Shown: piece after piece, positions 12,094-26,189 of the stretch
How the letters are laid out: every line of letters begins with the position of its first letter
How positions within the stretch are numbered: position 1 is the stretch's first letter
NCBI RefSeq assembly: GCF_009914755.1
Contig: NC_060928.1
Strand: one strand, 5' to 3'
Source: the human T2T-CHM13v2.0 reference genome, Homo sapiens
DNA: 64,000 bases
The notes under the pieces: model-generated
Seen by the model: only the letters and a program-made list of their open reading frames with translations
Database searches by the model: none
What the model was told of the DNA's origin: nothing
Position numbers and translations under genes: made by a program

Positions 12094-13304
12094 TGCAACA
12101 GCCATTTTTGCAAAGTACTAGAAGCAGAAATCAAATTGGAAGGCGTGAAGACATAAGTTAGTAGTAAGAGCGTTATTTACACCTGGAAGTAAGTTGATTG
12201 AAAAATAGTGAAAATATTAACTTACGTGATAATCATGAAGCAAAATTTTAAAGATGAAGTCTTAAGCATATCTAGGGTGAGAAGAATCAAATTAATAGGA
12301 GGAGATTCATAGAGAGAAAATTCCTTATAGTATATGTGGGCCAAATGAAAGGGAAAAGTCTTGGGAGGTAGAAAGACACAAGACTAAACACAAGATTGGA
12401 AAATCTTGATTTATTACTAAAAGTGGTTTTAGAATTTGCAAAGTCCATGGCACTAATTTTACAGGTGAGAAAATAAAATACTAGATAAATTAATTGCATT
12501 GCCTGTGGTTATAGAGTTAGCTGGTAGCAGATTTGAGATAAACCAAGTCAGGTTATTTCAAATAAACTAGGATTTTTTTTTTTTGAAATTGTAAAATGAC
12601 CTCACTTTTTTGAGGTGAGTGTGAAGAAAAGGACAGGCAAGGTACATTTTGAAGCAGAGGAACTTTTCCTTCAAGTAAAAGATGCTGATTTCTATTGAGT
12701 GAATAGGTGAGGTCATGTCAAGAGAACAGATTTGAAAAGCTTTGAAATGAACACTATGGAAAATGTGCTAAGGAGCCAATTAGACATTAATAAAAAGATT
12801 TTCAAGCAGCAGTGTAGGCTCAGATGAGGTTAGATAACTTCAATTTGTACAGAAGTTAATAAGCCAAATTTCATGACTTTCCACCGGCAATCAGCAGTCT
12901 GAACATGTTGGCAATAAAAGAGCTTGCTTCTCAGAAGTGAGGATTCATAAAAAGGGAACGACAAGAAGAGGACGCCAGAATTATTGGGAGCATAGTTAAA
13001 ACAGCATATGTGAACTATGCTATTTTAAGCACCAACAATACAATTAAAAGAAGACTTATTCCCGTTGAGTCCTTTGTCTTGAGTATAGTGACAGGCTATA
13101 TAAAACCATTTGTCTAAATATGCCAATAACTATTATTTTTTAATCTCAACTTTGTGAATTGTAATCAAGTCTGTGATTTTTCTGTTGATTCCAGTGACAT
13201 CTGTGAAACAGACTAGGATTAGTAAAAAAAAAAAAACAAAAAAACACGTTATCTGAGGTTGTCCCTAAAGATGTCTTAGGGGAGGGGTGTTAGGTTGATA
13301 TAGG

Positions 13305-13480
13305 TTTGTTTTTTTTTTTAAATAACATCTTTGATATATTCATGTAACATAAAATTCAGTCTTTAAAGCATACACTTCAGTTGTTTTTAGGATGTTTGTG
13401 GTATTATGTACTCATCACTATTGTCTAATTTTAGAATATTTTCATCGAAACAAAAAAGAAACCCCTAGCAGTCATTTCAC
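13305..13480 (-). mobile_element. L1MB-type 3' end fragment
   Basis: T-tract followed by ...CATAAAATTCAGTCTTTAAAG...TTTTAGAATATTTTCATC...AAAAAGAAACCCC. Confidence 0.65.
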
Positions 13481-14421
13481 CTAGATCATGGGACTTTACA
13501 TTTTTCTCAATGCATTTTCTACCACAAAATTGAGTAATATAGTTATTTGTGACCTTATGCTATTTCAAATATTGTTGCTAAGTAGCTCCATTTTGCTCTC
13601 TTGAAGTTCCAAATTACATTTTTCTTTTACATCAATTTTTTTCTCCTTATTTGGAAATTGTCCTGTTACTACTGAACTCATTCAATTTGTTTTGTTTGTG
13701 TTTTAGTCATTTACTTTGAGACAGATGTCATTTTTTGGATAGTAGAAATCTATCTTTTCTTAGAATCAATAATATGTAGCCTCTTGTGGCTTTGTTAAAG
13801 CTTTGGCCATCATTGCTTTAATTTCCTGCACCGTAACTGGAAGCTCTCATTTACTGACATTATTGCTGTGTGAGACTAGGGGCTAATTTATTTCCCAGAC
13901 ACTGATTTAAAACAAGCCTTAATAATAGTTCAGTTTTGCAATTATCACTTTTTCCAACACAAAGAGAAGCAAAACAGATACAAAGAAAAGGGAGGGTAGA
14001 TGGAAGAGAGATAGGAAAAGATAGGGAAAATTTCATTATTTCAATTATATCACAGGGGGGCATAACACATGTTAGTGTCTTGGGGTACATTGTAAATAAA
14101 TTGTCCACACAGAAGCCTTCAGAATACATGTAAAAAATGTTTAACTTCTACTTTTTCGGAATTCATGCAATCCAACATCTATACAGTGCTGTTTTCCCAC
14201 TGAAGAAGCAGATATTGAAAAGAGAACCAGTACTGAGCCATGGTGTTTACTTGAGAAGTTGAAGTGAACAGATTGTTTCCATCAGGGCTTAATCAAGACA
14301 TCACAGTGAAAATATGAGCCATTAATTTTTACACTCAAAGAATTTCTGTATATAGAATTATATGTCTTGTTTCCTATCGTCGAGACTCTTTGTTCCAGTT
14401 TCTCTTGCTGTTGTATATTGC

Positions 14422-14781
<360 letters not shown>

Positions 14782-17149
14782 TGCTTTTATTTTATTTAAT
14801 ATGGCATTTCCCACTCCCTGCTCACCACGTGCATCTTTTTTTCACACATCTCTGCTGTCTCAAGTTTGTTTGTTTGCAGTGTTACCTCCCTATGTACTAC
14901 ACTGATTCTTTAAATATGAAAATGTATAGTCCACAGCCTATAATAAAGTGTAGTTAGCCAGAAATCAGAGATATATTGTCAACTATTTTCTTTAAATTAT
15001 TATTAAGCTCAATACAGTAAAATTGTATGTCTTGGAAATCTTTTTTACTTGTTTTTGGAACTTCATGATTCTTAAGTTTTTATTCTTCAGTCTTGCCCAC
15101 TTACAGTACATCTAGAATAAAACCATTGAATATCTATTACAATAATTCAGATAATAGACATGTCTCCCTTTTCTTCCTATTAATGTATTTGTTTATTATA
15201 CTGACAATGAGGTTTTATTTCTGAAATCTTTAATATAATAATAATACCTTACATTTCTAAAATTTAGAGAATTATATTAATGGTACGAGATAAAATTAGA
15301 GATAAAATTGTTTCGTAGGTTAAATAAATGCTATTTTGACAGATATGGAGATAAATATCATATTCCATCTGGCTGATGGATTTTGATGTTTTTCTATGAA
15401 ATGTTGTTAGGGCTATTGAATTTATTATTATGTATAAAACACATACACACAAAGCATACAAATTTGATTCTGAGAAGTTGCTTAGTTTGCCATCAATTTG
15501 CAGTGCTTGTAAGGAGCCATTATTTGTTTAACAAAACCTTTTTATCTGTACTGACATTATATTCAAGAATGTACTTAGAACTAACATTTGGTTAAAATAA
15601 TTAGTTATTTAAAAAATCCATTTTAAAAAACAATAATCTTAAAAAAAACTCTGCTAGTAGACCACAGGTATAAATTGCGCTGTTAATAATGGACATTTAT
15701 TTTCATTTATCTCTTTCTTATATCTTTTTATGTCTCTCATACTGTTATTCATATGGATATTCAGTGGGATGCCATCAATGTGATACTGTCAGAAGATAAT
15801 TATAGCAAAGGCTGTCATTGACTTAATAGTAATTCAATCAGGAAACATTTGGAAATTCAGTGCTAAATACTTTGGTTTTATGACCTGAAACTAATCACTT
15901 CATTTAAACTTTAATTATTCCAATATTACCAAAACATGCAAACTGTTTGAACAGTAAATTTTTACTTTTAAAAAAATCACATTGATAGTTTATAGCATTT
16001 TCGACTCAGTCTCATGTATGAAAAAGCAGTGGATTGGAAGAAGGAATTAGAAGTGGGTACCAGGAAAAGGGAGAGAGCACACTGGGAAGGGGTAAAGCCC
16101 AGAGAATTGTCTAGGAGAGAAAATCTGGGCTAAAAAATTGATGAATAGTTTCTAAATATGTGGATGAAGTCATGAACATTTATAATTGATAAGAACATTC
16201 TTGAGTCCTAGAAGAATAGCCAAGCTGTTAAAAATAATTGAAATCAAATTTTATGATCTGAAAATTGTTGTAAATTATCTATTAAACTTTACATTTGTCT
16301 TCCCAGCTCACTAGCTTAAGAGTATCTTTCAAAGGGGTACTTTCTCCTCTGTTAATTAAAAGACCCCAGACTTCCTTATTTTCACTTCATCATCTAACCA
16401 GCATAATCATGTAGGTAGAAAAGTGATTATAGATTTCTAAAAAATATCAGATTAGTGTATTATTCAAGAAAGAGGTTAGTTAAGGAAGATTGAACTTGAT
16501 GGTATATGCAAGTTATATGCATAGATTTATTTAATTATTTTGTTCACAATTCCTTAGCATTTCAAATTCATAGAGAATCATATTTTCACTTAAGGAGTAT
16601 TTTGCTAAGCAATTATTATATGATGTTATAAAATGTTCTTATAACACTTCATTGACATAAAGCATTTACCTTGCTGTAATGTTATCACCAGGTGTGTTTG
16701 ACTATAGCTTGGCCAGTAGGAAATAATACAGATAATGAAGAAGTATTTGTTATTGACATATGAAGGTCATCATTCAATATGTCTACAGGGAGTACATGTG
16801 TATGTTTATATACTATTTTATTAAAGGCCAAGAACATTTTATGTGTATGTGTAGTAAATACTGAAGGGTTATTGTGTCACCATTTTATCATCCAGAAAGC
16901 CAATGATTGATTGGACATATACAATTATCATCATATCTAAGAATTCTGGGTTAAGCATAACTTTTTTCTATTAAGAAGTTATCCATACCAGGACTATATC
17001 AGAGATCATCAGGACCACTGTGCTGTTATTTTTAAAATGCAATGAAATGTTAGACTTAAAATTGAATATTAGACCTGAGTTCCTATTGGTACCAAAGAAG
17101 TATAACAACTTCCACAGCTATCATTAGACATCTAAAGATCATGTATAAT

Positions 17150-17895
17150 ATATGATGACTTTGTCCACTAGGATGGCTACAATAAAAGGTACATAGTGAC
17201 AAACATTGTTGAAGATGTGGAAAATGAGAACCCTCATATATTGCTGGTGGCAGTGTCAAATGGTGTAGCTAGCTACTTCAGAAAATCGTTTCACAGATTT
17301 TCAAAAGGTTAAACATAGTTTTGATCCAGCAATTCTACTCCTAAGCATTTATAAAAAATAAAAATAAAAACTAAGGTCCATGTTAAAACTTGTATGCAAG
17401 AGTTTATAGCAGCATTATTTATGTTAGCCAAAACATGGGAATACCCAATGCCCATCAACTGATGAAAAGGTAAACTGTGTAATACCTAAATGATGGAGTA
17501 TTTTTTGGCAATAAAAATGAAGTATTAACACATGCCATAAAATACATAAACTTTAAAATTATTATGTTAAGTGACTAAAGCCAGTTATAAAAGACTATAT
17601 ATTATATGTTCCCATATATATATAATGTCCAGAATAGGCGAATCTTTAAAGACAGAAAATATAGTGGTTGCTAAGATTGGGGAGACTGTGGATGGATCAT
17701 TGTAGAGCAGTGGGAGGTTGAAAATGGGGAGTGACTTTTGGTGGGTACAGAGTTTCATTTTGGTAAAATGAAAATATAAAATTAGATTATGCTGATGGGT
17801 TCACAACTCTTAAATATACTAAAAACCTTGGAGTTATACTCTGTTAAATAAATGATTTATGATATATAAATCATATTGCAGTGAAGCTGTTTAAT
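17150..17895 (+). mobile_element. L1MB-type 3' region
   Basis: GAACCCTCATATATTGCTGGTGG, GATCCAGCAATTCTACTCCTAAG, TTTATAGCAGCATTATT, GGGTACAGAGTTTC. Confidence 0.8.
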
Positions 17896-18084
17896 AATAC
17901 TAAAAGTTTCACTAACATCGAGATGACCTTATATTTAGAAAGATCTGATATTTTGACTTGAGACCTGTTTCAGTAATCTGTGCATTATATACAGCATATA
18001 AATTTCTCACCTACTCATTGAGAATTTATAATTATCAACCAATCGACACCTTTAGTTGTTTTATAACTTATATCATTATTCTCT

Positions 18085-18254
18085 GGAGAAACATCTAGTA
18101 GCCACAGAGAGTTTGGAGTCAGGTAGACTAGAATAAAATTCAGTCTCAACTACTTATTATCTGTGTGGCTGTGGGTAGTTTACCCGAGTATCACATTCCT
18201 AATCTGTAAAGTGGGAGTTATTATAAGTACCTTGCAAGACTCTTCCGATGTTTG

Positions 18255-18304
<50 letters not shown>

Positions 18305-18430
18305 TATTTATGAATCAGTGTATATATGTATACAACGTGTATGTATGTATGTAAACAGTATGTATATATGTAAAATATATGCTAGACATCTATGTCTAGC
18401 ATAGTTAAGTATTTATTAAATTAGACCTCT
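18085..18430 (+). mobile_element. MIR SINE split by a (TG)n microsatellite
   Basis: TTTGGAGTCAGGTAGAC...TTCCTAATCTGTAAAGTGGG core. Confidence 0.65.
18259..18301. repeat. (TG)21 microsatellite
   Basis: Perfect dinucleotide run. Confidence 0.97.
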
Positions 18431-18561
18431 TATTATTACTGGTACTATTATTTGGCTGATACAAATAAAGAAATACAAACATGATCAGCAACGTTGTTTT
18501 CAATTACAAAATAGATTGTATTAAAAAGCAACCATTTACTAGAGTAGCGATTACAATTCTT

Positions 18562-18643
18562 GTTTTATTTTTACTTTCAGGTTCAGGGGTACGTGTGAAG
18601 GTTTGTTATATAGGTAAACTTGTGTCACGGGGGCTTCTTGTAC
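18562..18643 (-). mobile_element. Severely 5'-truncated L1PA 3' end (about 80 bp) with TSD
   Basis: CAGGGGTACGTGTGAAGGTTTGTTATATAGGTAAACTTGTGTCACGGGGG. TSD ACAATTCTT at 18553-18561 and 18644-18652. Confidence 0.8.
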
Positions 18644-20473
18644 ACAATTCTTATGATATCATCTTCTACTAAGATGAGACCATGGCAATCACTCAACATT
18701 TAGTAGTATTAATAAATTATAATAGCCATAATTCTTATCTTTATAGTCCATCATAGAATGTAGGATGCATTTTGCTGAAAAAACTAATGAAACTCTTTTA
18801 AAAAATATAACATGTTGAGGAAATAAAGACAACACAATCTATTTTTGATATATTAGAAGTAGTGTTTAATTCTAAGATCCAAAACTGTAGCAGAACCTCA
18901 AATGCTAGTCTTGACCACCACTGATTGCACTCCATCCCTGTATCACTCCACCAACCTTTTTTAAAAATTCATGCACTTGCTTGCAAAGCATTTCAACATT
19001 AGATGTATGAATGTGCTGCAATGAAAATGGCATTAAAAAAATTCCTAACAATCATATTATGCAATAAGCTGGGGCCTAGATTTATTATACTTGGCATATA
19101 TACCTGTCCCTTTTCTCTCTTCTGTCCTTCTTTTTTGCCCAGTTTATTCCTTTCTTATTCTCTCAATCTTGCCATATATATATAAATATAATACATTATA
19201 TTTATAAAATACATTTATATATAAATATATTTATAATATTACATGATATATATAATATACATATATAATAAACATGAGTGTGGTCAGAATGCACTTGTTT
19301 TCTCAAGTCTCTTATGTCTTTTGTTACAGTACTTTTATAAATATAATGTATAGATGATATACATATGATTGAATTTCATTTATAAAAAAGAAATTGCCAT
19401 ATCTTAAAAATTAAATGTGAATGGCCAATCCAAATTACTAATTTCACAAATTAAATGTTGCTAGGTAGATAAAGGCAATTTTCAGATAAATTGTATTCTT
19501 CAATAGCAGGTCTGTCTTACCATTCACAAGCTGGACTTCAGTGTGTTTAGTGTGATAAATTGTTCTTCTAGCTTTGTCTCACCTTAACCAGTGTTTTTAC
19601 CTTGTATCTAAATGTCATTGAATGGTGAGACTTATAGAACTGTGAGGTAGGATATATGTGCTCAGGCATGTATGTATACACCCCACATAACGTTCTTCTC
19701 CACCTTAAAGGCTGAATGAATTGTTTTAACAGCCACAGTGAACTGGGACAGGAATCATGCAAATTTTTAAGGTAGTTAATAGGAAGAGGAGGAAATACAG
19801 AAGGCTTTGAGAAAGCCAGCATGTGGCCAGAAACAACAGCAGGTGTGGCCATATGGCAATCAAATTAGAAAAGGGATTCTTGCCACACAGCCTTCCAGAA
19901 GAGAGTAAAGCCCCAGCAGCCCTCATGGAGGGATGATTTACTAAGTACATTTTACGTATTTTATATTGCCTCTTTCACTGTTCAATTCCAAAGGAAATGT
20001 AAATCCATTTTACCAAATAGATATAAAATTTTTTCTCAAAGAATAAAAATAATCATTTTGAAATGCTCCTTTACATTTAGAAAAGATCACTATGCCAAAA
20101 GCACATTTCCAAATAAAGCATTGGCTAAGCTGAGACCATTTTCAAAAAAGCAAAGTTTTGCAAGGCTATAATTTTACTTTAACAAAACATTTGGTGAGAT
20201 TATTTAATATTTTAAAATTCCCTTAGTCCAAGACAACTGTTAATAATATAATTAAAGGTATTTGTTTAGATTCCTTAACTTGTAAAATAATCTTCTATAG
20301 AAGATTGTGAAGCACATTTCTTTTTCTGAAAATGTGTTTTAGTTCTCAGATTAGCTTTCAAAAACTTATTTGACCTACAAAATAATGAGAGCTGTATTAT
20401 TAAGTCATTCTTAAAACGTATTATTACTATTATATCATGTTGCTATAATTTCAGCAGCATTCATGGGCTGCAG

Positions 20474-20474
<1 letters not shown>

Positions 20475-20512
<38 letters not shown>
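20475..20512. repeat. (TG)19 microsatellite
   Basis: Perfect dinucleotide run. Confidence 0.97.
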
Positions 20513-20514
<2 letters not shown>

Positions 20515-20564
20515 TGATCTAGTCTGGGAAAATGTCCATGTTTTGGTTTTGTCCTTCATTGTTT

Positions 20565-20902
20565 TTTTGTTTTTGTTTCTGTTTCTTTTTTTCTTTCTTT
20601 CCTTTTTTTTTTTTTTTTTTTTGAGGTGAATTCTCATTCTGTCACCCTGGCTGGGGTGTAACGGCATGATCTTGGCTCACTGCAACCTCTGCCCCCAGAT
20701 TCCAGAGGTTCTCCTGCCTCAGCCTCCCGATTAGCTGGGATTACAGGCATGCATCACCAGGTCCGGCTAATTTTTGTATTTTTAGTAGAGATGGGATTTC
20801 ACCATGTTGGCCAGACTGGTCTCGAACTCCTGACCTCAAGTGATCTACCCACCTCGGCCTCCCAAAGTGTTGGGATTACAAGCCTGAGCCACATGCCCAG
20901 CC
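20565..20902 (-). mobile_element. AluS SINE
   Basis: Full antisense dimer. TSD TCCTTCATTGTTT at 20552 and 20903. Confidence 0.92.
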
Positions 20903-20996
20903 TCCTTCATTGTTTCTACCCTGAGGGAAAATACAATTACGATCTTTGTTCAGAACTTAGACCTTTGAAAATCTTCCTTCCCCAAGAGTTTCTTTT

Positions 20997-21076
20997 CTGT
21001 CTCTCTCTCTCTCTCTCCCTCTCTGTCGCTCTTTTTCACTCTCTCTCATACACACATACACCCTCTCTCTCTCTCT
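20997..21076. repeat. Imperfect (CT)n/(CA)n tract
   Basis: Visible low-complexity run. Confidence 0.85.
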
Positions 21077-21381
21077 TTTATTAAGTTGGTGACAAGCTAG
21101 CCTATGGTCAGAATGAAGACAATGTTCATATTTCAACCTTGAATTCTCTGGTTTGTTTCTGCTTATATTTAGCACTACACTTCTGTTTCATATGACCAAG
21201 TTTTTTGAACACCGTCACAACAAAAGGGTAACTAATTATCCAAAAAAACCAATGGTGTTTAACTGAGCGTTGATTGCTTCACTAATAGCATTTTTTCGAA
21301 CAGGTTTATTGTGTTTACTTTGAATAAAGAAATTATCTTGTCTACATAAAAAATGAGAACTTGTAGTCAGTTTCTTGTTAG

Positions 21382-21763
<382 letters not shown>

Positions 21764-22223
21764 TCTTCATTGTTTTAAAATGGGCTTTTTGTAGGCAATC
21801 TGTTTTGGTTCAAGGTTTTTTTTTTTGCTTAAAAATCTAGCTCTTAAAATGAGTTTAAACGTTATAGCAAAGTAAAGGAAGCCAAAAACCATAATAAACA
21901 TCATTGCCTCCATTACTCAGATGTTAAAATTGTTAGCATTTTAGTGTATTTGCTGTCAGTAATTACTAACCTAAAACATATGGCTAAAGCCCATTTTGTT
22001 CACTTCTAGTGCTCTCTACTCTTATGTGAGAGGCAACCACTAACATGAGTTTGGTGATTTTTTTTTCTTTCCATTAAATAACATATATATATCCATCAAA
22101 AATATATTGTGTGTAGTTTTTAATGTCTGTGTGTGTATGTTTAACATGTATATATACACACTATATTATATATACATTTGATATAGTTTAGATTCTGTCC
22201 CGTACTTTTTTACTCAACTTTGG

Positions 22224-22515
22224 TTTTCTTTTTTTTTTTTTTGAGACAGGGTCTCACTCTGTCACCCAGGCTGGAGCACAGTGCCGTGATTTCAGCTCAC
22301 TAAAGCCTCAACCGCCTGGGTTTAGGTGATCCTACCACCTCAGCCTCCTGAGTAGCTGTGACTACAGGGGCACACCACCATGCCTAGCTAATTTTTGCAG
22401 ACACAAGGTTTTGCCATGTTGCCTAGGCTGGTCTCAAACTGCTGGGCTCTAGTGAATCACCCTCCTTGGCCTCCCAAAGTGCTGGTATTACAGATGTGAG
22501 ACACCACACCCAGCC
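22224..22515 (-). mobile_element. AluJ SINE
   Basis: GAGACAGGGTCTCACTCTGTCACCCAGGCTGG...ACCACACCCAGCC. Confidence 0.88.
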
Positions 22516-23602
22516 CCCAACTTTTTTTTTTTAATCCTATTGACATACGTAGATCTACTTCCTCCTTTTTAACTGTTTTATAACATTTCATCATATGAAT
22601 AGAAAATATTGTATTTATTCATTACTTTTTTGATAGGCATTTCTAATTTCCCTTCTTAATAGATTTCTGTTATTCCATTATTGCTTAGGTTTAAGTAACT
22701 TTTATAATCACAGAAATATTTGAGTACTTAGGATTTCCATGTTTATATTATATAGCAAACCAGTCTTGAATATTTACCACTGGAGTTATTTTCTTCTGAT
22801 GCCTCAATTATGGCAAAATGGCAAATAATTCAAGATATTATTTTTAACATCAAATGTAATTTGTTCAAAATTTACATTAATCTTTCTCATAACTAGTCAC
22901 TTCCATTTTGTCTTCCTGTCATCCTGAAGAACGAAAATGTAATTTCCCAGAGGTTTTAAAAATTGGGGGAGTATTAAATGTAGCTGAAATTAAGTGATTA
23001 ATAATTTACTTTTGGGTCATGAATCAACTTCATGGGATGCTAAGGATCATTTGCAACCCCAGAAGTATGAGCAGTAACAATGCACTTTTTAAGACTCCAG
23101 AAATCTCAAAGGTTGGCTGCCCAACCTAATTAAACTTCAATCTTCTGATACCAAATTTATTTCTTCTTTGTACCACATTTCCTCAGATCTTCTTGACAGG
23201 AAAATGTCACTTTGCCTGACAGCTGATAGACAGGTTATGTAGCACCATAATCGGAGAGAAAAGGATAGCTTAAAGCTACTTGATTTAATGGCTATGTGTA
23301 TGGCTTTTTCTTTCTTTATCTTTTTTTTTTTAAAAGTTTCTATGACAGACACAAAAGGCCTTAGCAAATAGGCCCAGTGCCATATTTTCCTGCTTCCTCC
23401 AGGGCTAATTATCTTACTCCATCAATAGTGCTGTCAGAAATTGGGCACATAATTCAGCATTTAAATGAACAAGCAATGTAATATTTCCTGTCTCCCAGTG
23501 GAATGCTTTGCAGCTCACATTCTTCTCTGTCACAGGTTCACTCTTGATGTATGTCCCATACCCAGTCCTTGAATACCTTCTCTCCCTTGTGTTTCATTGC
23601 AG

Positions 23603-23669
23603 ATGTTGGCTCCGACTTGACACCTACTTCATTTGGAGTTTTATAGGACCAGCAACTTTGATAATTATG
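23603..23669 (+). CDS. ADGRL3: ADGRL3 coding exon, ECL2 to TM5 N-half (CWLRLDTYFIWSFIGPATLIIM), 67 nt, phase 2/0; absent from the ORF track
   Basis: Acceptor gtttcattgcag and donor ATG|gtaaga. Conserved CWL...WSFIGP motif, in frame with flanking exons. Confidence 0.97.
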
Positions 23670-24345
23670 GTAAGAATTCCTAATTAACTATGTGTTTCCC
23701 AGATCAAGAAGTAAAACTTTCACTATCCCAGTACTGACTGTCTTTAATTTACAGAGGTTAATTTGGGGAAAGCATGTACTTATTTGACCCTACATAATTC
23801 AAGCAATTAAACACTCATTATAGTCTACTTTTATGTTGTAAAATGGTTAATCAAAACAGGTGGGAGAAGAAAATATTCATTTGCAAAAGCTTATGGAGTG
23901 TTATAGCTACTCAAGGGTCCAATCCAACATAATACATTTGGTTTTATAGATATTTGAACAAGGATGACTCTAAGGTTGAAAACAGTGTATTTCCATTATT
24001 TTTCTTTTGGATAATTTGAATTGGGAACTGACAGAACTTAGAAAGGTGGGAAAACACCTGACTGTTCCTATCAGCTTTGTTTTTTATATGAATCTTGAAA
24101 ACTTTAAAATTTAAAAGCAAAACTTTAACATTTTACTTGAGAATGGCACAATCACATTAAGCCTGCATTCTGGAATCATGCTTCCTTTTCTGTTTTTAGA
24201 TCCATAATATTCTGATTTCAAGAATGGATTAACTTAATTTAGATAAAACTGTTAGTATAATTGCTTATGTACTTATAATTTTAAAAATACAAAGTTGCTA
24301 TCCATTTTGTGAAAAAAATGTTAGCCTATTGACTTTGGATAAATA

Positions 24346-24758
24346 TAGGTCTCCAGTTTCTTCTCTGAAATCTTTGGGACAAGATGTATTTTGGAATCAG
24401 AAATTTTTCAGACTTTGGAAAGATAATGTGGTACATATATTGCGTAATACACAATAACCCTAGTGAGGAATAGGCAGTTACCCAAAATCAAACACATCAA
24501 CAAATACTCACAGTGGAGACTAGGCAGCACTCTGTAATCAAATACAGTATTTCAACAGAAAAAAAAAAAAAAAGGAAAGGTAAGAGCAAATAGTGGAAAG
24601 ACCATGGACAGCCTTATGTCAATTCAAATTAGGTTTTCCCACCACATAGATTTACTTCATGTTAGGCTTTTTGGCCACTGAATGGATTTTTTTTTTAACA
24701 ACCTTCATTTTGCAGATTTTTTGGATTTGGGGATGATTGATAAAGTATTGCGAACATG
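24346..24758. mobile_element. MER46C-like Tigger-family MITE
   Basis: AGATGTATTTTGGAATCAGAAATTTTTCAGACTTTGGAAAG...GATAAAGTATTGCGAACATG, flanked by TA. Confidence 0.7.
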
Positions 24759-25486
24759 TATTTTTGAGAGTATTTCAGGAGGGCTTTTATTGCCAAGTTG
24801 TGGAATACATAAATTAATCAAGTGGTAAAGGGCAACTCACTATTGTGGTTTTTTTATACAGTTTACTTGTGTGTGATATATGAAGTTTACATGAGAGCTT
24901 TCTGTTTTTCTGTTTTGTTTTGTTTCAAATTTTATGCTTTCTCTGTTTCCAGTGATATGACAATACCATTGGGGGTTTCCTTTACTTTAGTCCTCATTTA
25001 TTGTAGCATCAGAATTTAAACAACATTTTATCATCCTTTTGAACTAGCTACACAAAAATATATTGATTTTAGTATTTGTATTTTTGTAATACAGTATTTG
25101 AAAATGTGTCACTAAATAATAAATTTAGATAAATGTTCAGAGTGTAGAAATAGTAACACACCTAAAAAAGTATTGTTTTTGTTTTGACATGCACTAGACT
25201 TTGAATTGTTTCAAAATTTCCACAGCATCACTCCAGCTGATGCTGATTTTATATTTGTGTGATTTGGCATAGCAGGCATAGTAGTGCTTTGTAACTCAGT
25301 AGTATCCCAATTCTCGAAACTGGCTTATTGCCTTTACTAAAACACTAGGCAGTCATCTACGATCCAATTCCTTTAAAAGTGTAGTGAGACCTAATTTCCC
25401 AGAACAACTCATGTGTTATAGAGAATAAATTTGCTTTTTTGTTCCTACTCCAATTATGCTACATAACACTACCTTTTGCATTCCAG

Positions 25487-25578
25487 CTTAATGTAATCTT
25501 CCTTGGGATTGCTTTATATAAAATGTTTCATCATACTGCTATACTGAAACCTGAATCAGGCTGTCTTGATAACATCAA
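25487..25578 (+). CDS. ADGRL3: ADGRL3 coding exon, TM5 C-half and ICL3 (LNVIFLGIALYKMFHHTAILKPESGCLDNI), 92 nt, phase 0/2; absent from the ORF track
   Basis: Acceptor ttttgcattccag and donor CAA|gtaagt. Open frame continuous with the previous exon. Confidence 0.97.
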
Positions 25579-25881
25579 GTAAGTGATTTTTATTTTTGTT
25601 TTCTATAGGTTGTGTTACATTTATACTCCAAACTATCCTTTCTATTATATCAAAATCTTATGACAAAAGGATAAAGAATATGGGTGTATTGTCTTTGCTA
25701 AATAAGATTATTGATTGACTATCAAAGTGACTTGATCTGCCTGAAAATAAGTATAATAGAGTTCTGTTTTCAAAGACACTTTTTCTCCTAAATTCTAATT
25801 TGGAACATGATAAGTTTTAAATATCTATATTCATTGTGTCCTGAAAACAAGCACAACGTTTCCATTTAGGGCAGGTTATTC

Positions 25882-26189
<308 letters not shown>

